A DNA stretch of 64,000 nucleotides from Actinomycetes bacterium (GCA_031399525.1 JANNOZ010000016.1:259309-323308); one strand, 5' to 3'; shown: positions 30,333 through 38,778, numbered from the stretch's first letter. Program-made: numbers and translations. The notes: a model not told the origin generated them from the sequence alone.

Positions 30333-30982
30333 CGGTCCTGTCCTTTCGTTCCGCCGTCGGGGCGGGGTTCGGTCTCGTCCGTAGGTGCTGTCTCGTCAAC
30401 CAGCAGGCCGTCGAGCCAGGCGATGTCGGCTGCGATCGTCTCGGTGTCGTGGTCTCGCAGGGCCCGCACGTACCGGTTCCCCCCGGCGTGGCCTGACATG
30501 TTGGCCCGGGGCTCGGCCAGACGTCGAGCGAGCTCGTCGCGACGTCGGACCAAGAGGTCGATCCGCGTCTGCGGGTTGCAGTGTCGGCAGAAGGCGAGTT
30601 TGAGGGCGAAGGTGCGCTCGTCATCGGCTGGGTCGGCGATCAGGGCACCCAGGCGCCGCTCGCCTTCAGGGGTGATGCCGTAGACCTTCTTGTTGCGGGG
30701 GCCTCGAACCGTGCCTCGGCGGCCGGCCCGGAAGGCGGCCACCTCGCCGCTGAACGAACCGGTCATGGGGATGTCGGCCACGGTGGTCGAGGACGACTCG
30801 ACGGCCTTGACGTAACCCTCTCGCTCGAGGCGGTTCAGGGCCGGATAGAGCGATCCGAACGACACCGTGGCCCGCCAGCCCAGCACGTCGTACAGACGCT
30901 TGCGCAGCTCGTATCCGTGGAGTTCGGACTCCATCAAGACACCGAGGATGGCCAGATCCAGCACCTGGGCAATATATCTCAT
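30329..30982 (-). CDS. PadR family transcriptional regulator
   Basis: 217-aa ORF. Winged helix [19 protein letters not shown]...[18 protein letters not shown]. Stop overlaps ino1 start. Confidence 0.9.
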   Translation of the reverse strand: MRYIAQVLDLAILGVLMESELHGYELRKRLYDVLGWRATVSFGSLYPALNRLEREGYVKAVESSSTTVADIPMTGSFSGEVAAFRAGRRGTVRGPRNKKVYGITPEGERRLGALIADPADDERTFALKLAFCRHCNPQTRIDLLVRRRDELARRLAEPRANMSGHAGGNRYVRALRDHDTETIAADIAWLDGLLVDETAPTDETEPRPDGGTKGQDR

Positions 30983-30990
30983 CGATATAT
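30972..30990. promoter_or_regulatory. AT-rich inverted repeat, candidate PadR operator
   Basis: ATATATC-tcatc-GATATAT spans the padR start codon, in the 49-nt padR/divergent-gene spacer. A striking AT island in GC-rich DNA. Confidence 0.5.
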
Positions 30991-31031
30991 CGGCATGTGC
31001 AAATGGGGAGGGGAGGCCGGGTGGCCGGCTG

Positions 31032-31511
31032 ATGACGCAACGCGGTCGGCGATCGGTGGTCGCTAGCCTTTGGTCGATGCCGCCGACGCCGGGCCCTCCC
31101 TCGGCTCCACCGCCGAATCCGGCGGGCCAGATCGACTACCGCCTGGCCCGACGTCGGCTGATCGACTCGGTGCGCAAGGGTCGAGTGGCGGCCCACGAGG
31201 TGTGTGACGCCCATCCCGAGCTCCTACGAGCGGCCCGCAATGTCGGTACCGGGACCGGCGATACCTGCCCGATCTGCGAAGACGCCGAGTTGGTCCTGGT
31301 CTCCTACCTGTTCGGACCGAGCCTTCCTGCGTCGGGCCGGTGCGTGACGACGGCCGGCGAGCTCGACCGGTTGGCCACGTCGGCTCGGTCCGGTCCGCTG
31401 GCCTGCTACGTGGTCGAGGTCTGCCCGGCCTGCGGCTGGAACCACCTGAACCACACCTACTTGGTGCCTCACGGCCGGACCCGCCGCACGGCAGGAGCTC
31501 GCCAAGCCTGA
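31032..31511 (+). CDS. small CxxC...CxxC zinc-ribbon protein (DUF5318-like, conserved next to padR-ino1)
   Basis: Track ORF 30867..31511. First plausible ATG is 31032 (ATG 31077 also possible). CPICEDAELVLVSYLFG ... VEVCPACGWNHL. Confidence 0.7.
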   Translation: MTQRGRRSVVASLWSMPPTPGPPSAPPPNPAGQIDYRLARRRLIDSVRKGRVAAHEVCDAHPELLRAARNVGTGTGDTCPICEDAELVLVSYLFGPSLPASGRCVTTAGELDRLATSARSGPLACYVVEVCPACGWNHLNHTYLVPHGRTRRTAGARQA

Positions 31512-31570
31512 GCCAGGCCCTACCCTGAACCCACCGCCGGCAGCCGGATGGCGCTGGACGGGGAGGAGGT

Positions 31571-32458
31571 ATGAAGATGGGTGCTCGTCTGAGCGTGCCC
31601 GCGGCACGGGTGCGAAAGGTGGCTCGGGGCGACTCGCCGTTGGTGATGGTCACCGCCTACGACGCGCCGAGCGCCCGCATGGTCGATGCCGCCGGGGTCG
31701 ACATCGTGTTGGTGGGCGACTCGGTGGCCATGGCGGTGTTGGGATACGAGGACACGCTCCACGTCACCGTCGACGACTTGGCCCACCACACCGCGGCGGT
31801 GGTTCGGGCCCGACCTGGGTCGCTGGTCGTCGCCGACCTGCCGTGGCTCAGCTACCACGTCGGTCCGCACGACGCGGTGCGCAACGCGGCCCGCCTGGTG
31901 CGGGCCGGGGCCGAAGCGGTCAAGCTCGAAGGCGGTCGCCAGCGGGTGGAGGTCATCGAGGCCATCGTGGCCGCAGAGATCCCGGTGATGGGCCACCTCG
32001 GCCTCACCCCCCAGTCGATCCACGCCTTGGGCGGCTTCAAGGTCCAAGGTCGTGAGGCCGACGCCGTGCGGGCACTGGTGGCCGACGCCGAGGCGCTGGT
32101 GGCGGCGGGGGTGTTCGGGATCGTGCTCGAATGCGTGCCGGCTCCCGTTGCTGGCCTGATCACCGAGGCGGTGCCCGTTCCGACGATCGGCATCGGAGCG
32201 GGCCCTGACTGCGACGGCCAGGTTCTGGTGTTCCACGACGTGGTGGGTCTCGAGGATCGGTCGATGCCTCGTTTCGTACGGAGCTACGCCGAGCTGGCCC
32301 GGTTGGGCACCCAGGCGCTGGAGGCCTTCGCAGCCGACGTGCGCCATGGCCGCTTCCCGGCGCCCGAGGAGGCCTATGTGTTGTCGGAGGCTGTCGCCGC
32401 GGAACTTGGGATCACGACCGGCGGGTCTCCCGAGATCGCTGTCACACCCCCTGGGTAG
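31571..32458 (+). CDS. panB: 3-methyl-2-oxobutanoate hydroxymethyltransferase
   Basis: 295-aa ORF. VMVTAYDAPSARMVDAAGVDIVLVGDSVAMAVLGY and KLEGG motifs. Confidence 0.95.
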   Translation: MKMGARLSVPAARVRKVARGDSPLVMVTAYDAPSARMVDAAGVDIVLVGDSVAMAVLGYEDTLHVTVDDLAHHTAAVVRARPGSLVVADLPWLSYHVGPHDAVRNAARLVRAGAEAVKLEGGRQRVEVIEAIVAAEIPVMGHLGLTPQSIHALGGFKVQGREADAVRALVADAEALVAAGVFGIVLECVPAPVAGLITEAVPVPTIGIGAGPDCDGQVLVFHDVVGLEDRSMPRFVRSYAELARLGTQALEAFAADVRHGRFPAPEEAYVLSEAVAAELGITTGGSPEIAVTPPG

Positions 32459-32568
32459 GTTGAGCGGGTGCCCGTCGCCTACCATCACGCCGACAACTTG
32501 ACCCCTGCCCCCGACCGTCGGGGGCCGAGAGCGCTCGGCGCTCGGTCCAGAGGGAGGTGTGGCTGCTG

Positions 32569-32946
32569 ATGCGGCCCTACGAGATCGTGATCATCTTCAA
32601 CGCTGCCCTCGAAGAGGCTGCGGTGCAGGCGGTGATCAACCGCACCACGGCGACGATCGATGCCGGTGGTGGCACCGTCAACGGCGTCGACAAGTGGGGT
32701 CGGCGGCGCCTGGCCTATCCCATCGCCAAGCAGCCCGACGGCTTCTATGTCCTGATCGAGCTCACGTCCGAGCCCGCGGTGGTCGACGAGGTCGACCGTT
32801 CGCTTCGGCTCGCCGACGATGTGCTCCGGCACAAGATCATCCGAGTGCCCGACGTCGCCGGTGGCCGCACGCTGCCGCCTGAGGTCGCTGAGGCGCTGGT
32901 CACCTCGGGGTCTCGTCGCGATCGCGACCGAGACCGAGACCGGTAA
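32569..32946 (+). CDS. rpsF: 30S ribosomal protein S6 with RD-repeat tail
   Basis: Track ORF 32557..32946. ATG 32569 gives MRPYEIVIIFNAAL. Ends SRRDRDRDRDR. Confidence 0.93.
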   Translation: MRPYEIVIIFNAALEEAAVQAVINRTTATIDAGGGTVNGVDKWGRRRLAYPIAKQPDGFYVLIELTSEPAVVDEVDRSLRLADDVLRHKIIRVPDVAGGRTLPPEVAEALVTSGSRRDRDRDRDR

Positions 32947-32958
32947 GGGAAGGCAACG

Positions 32959-33402
32959 ATGAGTGGAAACACCGTGGTGCTCGTGGGCAACGTGACCCGC
33001 GACCCAGAGCTTCGCTACACCCCCTCGGGCCAGGCCATGGCCCGATTCGGGCTGGCAGTGAACCGACGCTGGCAGAACCGTCAGACCAACGAGTGGGAAG
33101 AAGCCACCTCGTTCTTCGACGTCGTGGCCTGGCGTGAGATGGCCGAGAATGTCGGCGAGTCGGTGCAGAAGGGCTCCCGGGTCATCGTGACCGGCCGCCT
33201 CGATCAGCGGTCGTGGGAGACCCCCGACGGCGACCGCCGTTCGACGGTGGAGATCACCGCCGATGAGATCGGTCCCAGCCTGCGTTGGGCGACCGCCACG
33301 GTGCAGCGCAACGAGCGCCGCACCGGTGCGGCTTCGGCTCCCGCTGCGGCCGGCGGTAGCGCCCCCGATCCTGTGTCCTTTGGCGAAGAGGAGCCGTTCT
33401 GA
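32959..33402 (+). CDS. ssb: single-stranded DNA-binding protein
   Basis: 147-aa ORF. OB fold ([23 protein letters not shown]), Gly/Ala-rich linker, acidic tip EEEPF. Confidence 0.96.
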   Translation: MSGNTVVLVGNVTRDPELRYTPSGQAMARFGLAVNRRWQNRQTNEWEEATSFFDVVAWREMAENVGESVQKGSRVIVTGRLDQRSWETPDGDRRSTVEITADEIGPSLRWATATVQRNERRTGAASAPAAAGGSAPDPVSFGEEEPF

Positions 33403-33857
33403 TGGCCCGCCGTAGCAGCCCGCCCCGTGACCGCAAGGCCAAGGACGCCAACAAGAAGGTCAAGAAGAAGGTCTGTGTCTTCTGCGCCAACGGCGTCGAC
33501 TTCATCGACTACAAGGACGTGAACCTGCTGCGCCGGTTCATGTCGGACCGGGCCAAGATCCGGGCTCGTCGGGTCACCGGCAACTGCGCCCAGCATCAGC
33601 GCGACATCGGCATGGCCATCAAGCTCTCCCGAGAGCTGGCCTTGTTGCCCTACCTCGTCCGGGTCACGAGCAGCCGTGGCGGTCGAGGAGGCGGCGGTCG
33701 TAGTCGCGACGATCGCAACAGTGACGAGCGCTCGGTTCTGGGCGAGGAGTCCGTCGACGTGGTCGACGGCGAGTCGGTGTCCTACGACGATGCCGACGAA
33801 CTCGTGGCGGTCTCGGTCGCCGATGGCGACGCCGTCGGCGACGACGAGGAGGACTGA
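33402..33857 (+). CDS. rpsR: 30S ribosomal protein S18 with about 63-aa RGG/acidic C-terminal extension
   Basis: 151-aa ORF. S18 core [44 protein letters not shown], then [15 protein letters not shown]...GDDEED. TGATG junctions with ssb and rplI. Confidence 0.93.
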   Translation: MARRSSPPRDRKAKDANKKVKKKVCVFCANGVDFIDYKDVNLLRRFMSDRAKIRARRVTGNCAQHQRDIGMAIKLSRELALLPYLVRVTSSRGGRGGGGRSRDDRNSDERSVLGEESVDVVDGESVSYDDADELVAVSVADGDAVGDDEED

Positions 33858-34303
33858 TGGAGGTCGTGCTGCGCGACGACGTGTCCGGCCTCGGCCGGCG
33901 AGGCGAGATCGTCTCGGTGGCCGATGGTCATGCCCGCAACTACTTGCTGCCCCGAGGGCTGGCGTTGGTCGCCGGACCGGGCGTGGTCGCCCAGGCCTCG
34001 GCGATGCGTCGCTCGGCCGAGGTTCGTGACACCCGTGCTCGGACGGAGGCCCAGGAGGTGGCCCGCCAGCTGGTTGGCCAGGTGATTCGAGTGCCGGCTC
34101 GGGCCGGTTCGAGCGGCAAGCTCTTCGGATCGGTGACCACCGCCGACGTCGTCGAGGCGACCACCGCCCAAACCGGGCTCGTCGTCGACCGACGGGCCCT
34201 GCACCTCGACGAAGTGATCCGGTCGGTCGGGACCTACGAAGTGTCAGCCAAGCCTCACCCCGACGTCGCCTTCGTCATCACCGTCGAGGTCGTCGCCGAG
34301 TAG
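33857..34303 (+). CDS. rplI: 50S ribosomal protein L9
   Basis: 148-aa ORF: [36 protein letters not shown]. Confidence 0.95.
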   Translation: MEVVLRDDVSGLGRRGEIVSVADGHARNYLLPRGLALVAGPGVVAQASAMRRSAEVRDTRARTEAQEVARQLVGQVIRVPARAGSSGKLFGSVTTADVVEATTAQTGLVVDRRALHLDEVIRSVGTYEVSAKPHPDVAFVITVEVVAE

Positions 34304-34394
34304 GTGACCATGGCCCGGGTTGCTGTGTCGACCCGGGTGATCGAGGCAATGTCGATTGCTCGGCCGCGCCCAGGAACGGACCGAGCTGTCACCC

Positions 34395-34428
34395 GTCCTC
34401 CACACCCTGGCCACCGTCGTCCACACCC
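34395..34428 (+). promoter_or_regulatory. two DnaA-box-like direct repeats upstream of dnaB
   Basis: GTCCTCCACACCC (34395-34407) and GTCGTCCACACCC (34416-34428), 21 bp apart. The second contains TCGTCCACA, 8/9 to TTGTCCACA. Confidence 0.3.
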
Positions 34429-34476
34429 AAGTCACAGGCTTGTTCCCCTGGCTGCGCACAGGCTCCCCCTACGAGG

Positions 34477-35844
34477 ATGGTGCCCATGGCCGTGACCGAC
34501 ATTTCCTCTCGCCGGGGTTCCGACCGGACACCACCGCACAACCTCGATGCCGAGGAGTCCTTGTTGGGGGCCATGCTCCTCAGTCGAGACGCGGTGAACG
34601 CGGCGACCGAGACCGGCGTATCGGCGGCCGACTTCTACAAACCGGCCCACGGCCATGTGTTCGAGGCGATCACCTCGCTCTACTCGGCCGGCGAACCCGT
34701 CGATCCCGTCACCGTCGGCGAGGAGCTGGCCCGGGCCGGTCTGCTCGAAGCAATCGGGGGCCCGGGGGTCCTGGCGTCGCTGTTGGCGTCGACACCAGCG
34801 ACTTCCAATGCGGCCCGATACGCCCGCATCGTCGAGGAGCACGCGCTGCTACGACGACTCATCGCCGTGGCCAACGACATCGCCGAGTTGGGCTACAGCC
34901 TCCCCGACGACGTGGGCCTGGCCGTCGATCGGGCCGAGTCGATGGTCTTCGACGTGGCCCAGCACCGGGTCACCGACACGTTGGCGCCGGTCCGTGAGCT
35001 CCTCGAGGACTCACTCACTCGACTCGAGATGCTCTACGAGCGGGGTGACGCCATCACCGGCGTGCCCACCGGGTACACCGACCTCGACGGGATCCTCTCG
35101 GGGCTCCAACCGTCCAACCTGATCATCGTCGGCGCCCGTCCCGCCACCGGCAAGACCGCCTTCGCGTTGGGGATGGCAGCCCACGCCGCCCTGGAGGTGG
35201 GTCGTCCGGTCCTGCTCTTCTCGTTGGAAATGAGCCATCTCGAGCTCACCCAGCGTCTGTTGTCGTCCGAAGCCCGAGTCGACAGCAGCCGGATGCGCAA
35301 CGGTCGACTCGAGGACACCGACTGGAACAAGATCTCCCACGCCATCGGACGGCTGGCCGAAGCGCCGATCTTCATCGACGACGACCCGAACATCACCGTG
35401 TTGGAGATCCGGGCCAAGGCCCGGCGGTTGCGGTCCCAGCTCGGCGACGTCGGCCTCATCGTCGTCGACTATCTACAACTCATGACCGGGCGGGCCAGCG
35501 CCGAGAACCGCCAGGTGGAGGTGGCCGAGATCAGCCGTGGCCTCAAGATCTTGGCCCGCGAGCTGGACACGCCAGTGGTCGCCTTGTCCCAGCTGTCCCG
35601 AGCCCTCGAGATGCGGGCCGACAAGCGGCCCATGCTGGCCGACCTGCGGGAGTCGGGTTCGCTGGAGCAAGATGCCGACGTGGTAATGTTCTTGTACCGC
35701 GACGAGATCTACAACCCTGAGACCGCCGACCGGGGTCAGGCCGAGGTCATCGTGGCCAAGCATCGTTCGGGGCCAACCGGCACGGTCCGACTGGCCTTCC
35801 TCGATCGCTTCACCAAGTTCGCCAACATGGCTCGGGGCGTCTGA
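34477..35844 (+). CDS. dnaB: replicative DNA helicase DnaB
   Basis: 455-aa ORF. PPHNLDAEESLLGAML N-domain, Walker A GARPATGKTAF, SLEMS. No intein-sized insertion. Confidence 0.97.
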   Translation: MVPMAVTDISSRRGSDRTPPHNLDAEESLLGAMLLSRDAVNAATETGVSAADFYKPAHGHVFEAITSLYSAGEPVDPVTVGEELARAGLLEAIGGPGVLASLLASTPATSNAARYARIVEEHALLRRLIAVANDIAELGYSLPDDVGLAVDRAESMVFDVAQHRVTDTLAPVRELLEDSLTRLEMLYERGDAITGVPTGYTDLDGILSGLQPSNLIIVGARPATGKTAFALGMAAHAALEVGRPVLLFSLEMSHLELTQRLLSSEARVDSSRMRNGRLEDTDWNKISHAIGRLAEAPIFIDDDPNITVLEIRAKARRLRSQLGDVGLIVVDYLQLMTGRASAENRQVEVAEISRGLKILARELDTPVVALSQLSRALEMRADKRPMLADLRESGSLEQDADVVMFLYRDEIYNPETADRGQAEVIVAKHRSGPTGTVRLAFLDRFTKFANMARGV

Positions 35845-35849
35845 GGGCG

Positions 35850-36515
35850 GTGCGCCCGATCCTCGGCGCGGCTGCCGGGGTCGTGGTGGGCGTCGCCTTG
35901 ACCGCGACGTTGGCGCTGGCCACCAACCCGTGGGGTGGCGAGACCGTCGTGGATGGACCCTCGGATCCAGCCCGCGAGTTCGTCGCCGCATGGGTCCGCA
36001 GCCGCGCTGAGACCTACGTCGTCGTGTCCGAGTTCGAGCGCCGGCGGTCCGGTGAGCTGCTCGTCGGTTCGACCATCGTCACCGCCCAGAGGCCACCCGA
36101 TCGCGCCGTCGTCAGTGGAGGGACGGTGACGGTTCGCCGGGGAGACGAACAAACGGCGTGTGCCGAGGACGGCGAGGGGGTGTTGCGTTGTCGCACTGTG
36201 ACCGATGCCGGCGACTCGTTCGAAGACGATGCCAGCGAGTTGTCCCTGCTCGAAGGCTACGTCTCCGGCCCAAATCAGCTCTACGCGGTCGAGCGATCTC
36301 CGACCGTGTCCGAGTGCTACGACCTGACCGCGGTGCGTGCGGTGGCCGCGCCTCCGTACGGCGAGTGGGCCCGGTTCTGCTTCGACGACCGGACCGGGGC
36401 CATCGTCCGAACCGAGCTGCACCGCGCCGGCGAGGTCGTAGATCTCACCGTGGCCACCGAGGTGCGCAGCACCGTGACCGACGCCGACCTCACGCCTCCG
36501 GCCGCTGGAAGTTGA
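35850..36515 (+). CDS. hypothetical exported/membrane-anchored protein with four Cys
   Basis: 221-aa ORF starting 5 nt after the dnaB stop. N-terminal hydrophobic AAAGVVVGVALTATLALA. No family recognised. Confidence 0.7.
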   Translation: MRPILGAAAGVVVGVALTATLALATNPWGGETVVDGPSDPAREFVAAWVRSRAETYVVVSEFERRRSGELLVGSTIVTAQRPPDRAVVSGGTVTVRRGDEQTACAEDGEGVLRCRTVTDAGDSFEDDASELSLLEGYVSGPNQLYAVERSPTVSECYDLTAVRAVAAPPYGEWARFCFDDRTGAIVRTELHRAGEVVDLTVATEVRSTVTDADLTPPAAGS

Positions 36516-36613
36516 CGGGAGGGGATGAGGGCCGACGTTGCGAGCTGGCACCCTACGGCGCCTGGCAGTCACCACGTCTGGAGGGAGTGAAGGCCCTCAT
36601 CCCCCTTCCCGTC
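36514..36613. repeat. long-stem inverted repeat (20 bp stem, 58-nt loop)
   Basis: GACGGGAGGGGATGAGGGCC (36514-36533) pairs with GGCCCTCATCCCCctTCCCGTC (36592-36613): 13 bp + 2-nt bulge + 7 bp. Begins inside the stop codon of the upstream gene. Confidence 0.7.
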
Positions 36614-36740
36614 TGGGGGTGCCGGTGAGGGCGGTGGTTCACCGACGCCAGATCTATCGGCACGCTCGACGGCGACCTTGAGCGCAACGCGCGGTCGTGA
36701 CGGCGCCGAGTCGCAGTCGACGACTCGGTAGGGTCCGGGC

Positions 36741-36944
36741 GTGTTCCTCGGCGACGACGTGCTGGCGTGGATCGTGTTGGCCCTCGGAGGCGCCCTGGCG
36801 TTCGGGAGCATCCTCGCCGTGTTGCGTCCGAACCCTGACCCCAAAGACGGCGAGCTCCTGCACGCCCCGCTCGGACGAAGTGTGGCCATGGCCTCGGTGG
36901 GAACCGTCGCCGCCATCTGGGCGTTGGCCAGCCTCCTGTCCTGA
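36741..36944 (+). CDS. small two-TM membrane protein
   Basis: 67-aa ORF with high GC3 and two hydrophobic helices (LAWIVLALGGALAFGSILAVL, MASVGTVAAIWALASLL). Confidence 0.55.
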   Translation: MFLGDDVLAWIVLALGGALAFGSILAVLRPNPDPKDGELLHAPLGRSVAMASVGTVAAIWALASLLS

Positions 36945-36971
36945 GCTCGATCTCAGCGGAGCGGACGACGG

Positions 36972-37045
36972 TGGAGCGGATGACGGGAATCGAACCCGCG
37001 TTCTGAGCTTGGGAAGCTCATGTTCTGCCTCTGAACTACATCCGC
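36972..37045 (-). tRNA. tRNA-Gly (anticodon CCC)
   Basis: Reverse complement GCGGATGTAGTTCAGAGGCAGAACATGAGCTTCCCAAGCTCAGAACGCGGGTTCGATTCCCGTCATCCGCTCCA. Anticodon loop TTCCCAA. 3' CCA encoded. Confidence 0.93.
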
Positions 37046-37112
37046 GACGGGCCTGGATGCTAGCGGGGAGGGTCGTTCGGGCTCCCCTCGGACCAGCCGG
37101 TATGGTGCCGCG

Positions 37113-37685
37113 GTGCTGTTGTCGGACCGGACGATTCGCGAGCAGATCGCCGCGGGGCGAATCGTCATCGAGCCCTTCGAGGACTCGTGTGTCCAGCCCT
37201 CGTCGGTCGACCTCCATGTCGACCGGTACTTCCGTGTCTTTCGCAATCACACCATGGGTGTCATCGACGTGAAGTCCGACCTCGAGGAGCTCACCGAGCT
37301 GGTCGAGATCGAGGACGACAACGCCTTCATGCTCCATCCCGGCGAGTTCGTGTTGGGCTCGACGGCCGAGCGGGTGGCCCTGCCCGACGATCTGGTCGCT
37401 CGCCTCGAGGGCAAGTCGAGCCTCGGGCGCCTCGGGCTGCTCATCCATTCCACCGCCGGGTTCGTCGACGCCGGGTGGGACGGGCACCTCACCCTCGAGT
37501 TGTCCAACGTCGCCAACCTGCCCATCACCCTGTACCCGGGCATGAAGATCGGCCAGATCAGCTTCCTCGAGATGACCACCCCGGCCGATCGGCCCTATGG
37601 GTCAGGCCCGCTGGGCTCGAAGTATCAGGGTCAACGAGGCCCGACACCGAGCCGCTACCACGAGAACTTCGCCCCCCGCCGCTGA
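37113..37685 (+). CDS. dcd: dCTP deaminase (possibly bifunctional dCTP deaminase-dUTPase as in other actinobacteria)
   Basis: 190-aa [25 protein letters not shown] and [12 protein letters not shown] motifs. Confidence 0.95.
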   Translation: MLLSDRTIREQIAAGRIVIEPFEDSCVQPSSVDLHVDRYFRVFRNHTMGVIDVKSDLEELTELVEIEDDNAFMLHPGEFVLGSTAERVALPDDLVARLEGKSSLGRLGLLIHSTAGFVDAGWDGHLTLELSNVANLPITLYPGMKIGQISFLEMTTPADRPYGSGPLGSKYQGQRGPTPSRYHENFAPRR

Positions 37686-37693
37686 GCGGCGAT

Positions 37694-37746
37694 ATGGGCG
37701 CTCAGTTGCCGAGCGCTGTGAGATGGGCGCTCAGTTGCCGAGCGCT
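37694..37746. repeat. perfect 24-nt tandem duplication (29-nt period), each copy a hairpin
   Basis: ATGGGCGCTCAGTTGCCGAGCGCT at 37694-37717 and 37723-37746. Each copy contains GCGCTC-agttgcc-GAGCGC. The second copy holds the last codons and stop of the cNMP-binding gene. Confidence 0.85.
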
Positions 37747-38159
37747 TTGGCATCGGCCTCGCGGAGGCGGCCCGCCATGTGGGCTAGGAGCTTGCGGTTC
37801 AGCGACGGGACCTTGTCGAGCACCTCGTAGAGCGCGGGCTGGCCCAGCACCAACAACTGCAGGTCCGTGTCGGCCACCACGGTGGCACTGCGCGGCCCTT
37901 GGTCGAGGACGGCCAGCTCGCCGAAATAGTCGCCTGGGCCCAACTCGGCAATCTTGCGGGTTCCCCGTCGTACCGACGCGGTGCCTTCCATGATCAAGAA
38001 GAACTCTTGACCGAGTTGACCCTGATTGACGAGGACCCGACCCGCCTCGACGAGGATCTCGTCCGATGCGCTGGCGATGCGCTGTAGCTCGCGCTGCGAG
38101 CAGCTCTCGAACAACGGCACCGTCCGGAGGTGGGCCAGGTAGTCACGCTTGGCAGCCAT
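37731..38159 (-). CDS. stand-alone cyclic nucleotide-binding domain protein
   Basis: 142-aa ORF. cNMP-binding signatures VPLFESCSQRELQRIA, GDYFGELAVL, RSATVVA. Confidence 0.9.
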   Translation of the reverse strand: MAAKRDYLAHLRTVPLFESCSQRELQRIASASDEILVEAGRVLVNQGQLGQEFFLIMEGTASVRRGTRKIAELGPGDYFGELAVLDQGPRSATVVADTDLQLLVLGQPALYEVLDKVPSLNRKLLAHMAGRLREADAKALGN

Positions 38160-38253
38160 GGCGGCGCACGTTATCGGGTCGGGTGATCCGGGGTGCGCCC
38201 ACGTTCACAACGGCGAAACATCGGTGCAACACAACGACCGTACCGTCCGGCGA

Positions 38254-38778
38254 GTGGACGTGGCCCTGGTTCGCTGGCCCGGCGATGCCGGGGACCGAGA
38301 CCGCCTGCTGGCGCAGGGCATGCCTCGCCTTCTCCTGGTCGAACCCGGGAGCGCGCCTCCCGAGCCGGTCGACGGCGACTATCTCGAGGATTGGGTCCGG
38401 GTTCCGGCCGACGACCTGGACATCCAGCTCAGGGTCCGAGGGCTTCAGGCCCGTCAGCGGGCGGCGGCCATCGAGCAGCCTCATATCGACGCCGACGGCA
38501 TCCTCCGCTTCCGCGATGCGTGGGTGGCCCTCCCGCCGGTGGAGGCCCGCCTCGTGGCCGCCATGCTGCGGCGCCCGGGCACCGTCGTGAGCCGTATGGC
38601 CCTGGCCCGGGCCGGCTGGCCCGACGGTGCCCCGGGCCGCAACGCCCTCGACGTCCATGTGCTGCGTCTCCGCCGGCGTATCGAGCCGCTCGGCTTGGCC
38701 ATCCGTACGGTGCGGGCTCGTGGGTACCTGCTCGACCTCGGTTCAGAATCTCGTCAGCAACGTGCGCGAGAGGCGTAA
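38254..38778 (+). CDS. OmpR/PhoB-type winged-helix regulator with truncated, atypical receiver-like N-terminus
   Basis: Track ORF 38149..38778. C-terminal wHTH (LPPVEARLVAAMLRRPGTVVSRMALARAGWP...LDVHVLRLRRRIEPLGLAIRTVRARGYLL). Start uncertain. GTG 38254 chosen because TTG 38149/ATG 38158 would overlap the divergent gene's start. Confidence 0.75.
   Translation: MDVALVRWPGDAGDRDRLLAQGMPRLLLVEPGSAPPEPVDGDYLEDWVRVPADDLDIQLRVRGLQARQRAAAIEQPHIDADGILRFRDAWVALPPVEARLVAAMLRRPGTVVSRMALARAGWPDGAPGRNALDVHVLRLRRRIEPLGLAIRTVRARGYLLDLGSESRQQRAREA

Noticed and set aside
34304-34495. 63-aa ORF in the rplI-dnaB spacer
   Set aside because: Mixed third-position composition and a Pro/Arg/His-rich product. It overlaps the dnaB start. 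More likely non-coding spacer with regulatory repeats.
36514-36613. The long inverted repeat as a MITE or IS remnant
   Set aside because: No target-site duplication at the flanks, no second copy in the window and no transposase nearby. Reported only as a repeat or structured element.
38149-38253. Longest-ORF start (TTG 38149 / ATG 38158) for the winged-helix regulator
   Set aside because: It would overlap the start codon of the divergent cNMP-binding gene (shared CCATGG) and leave no promoter space. GC3 of this stretch is lower, about 72% by hand count. I kept this as an uncertainty rather than a firm rejection.
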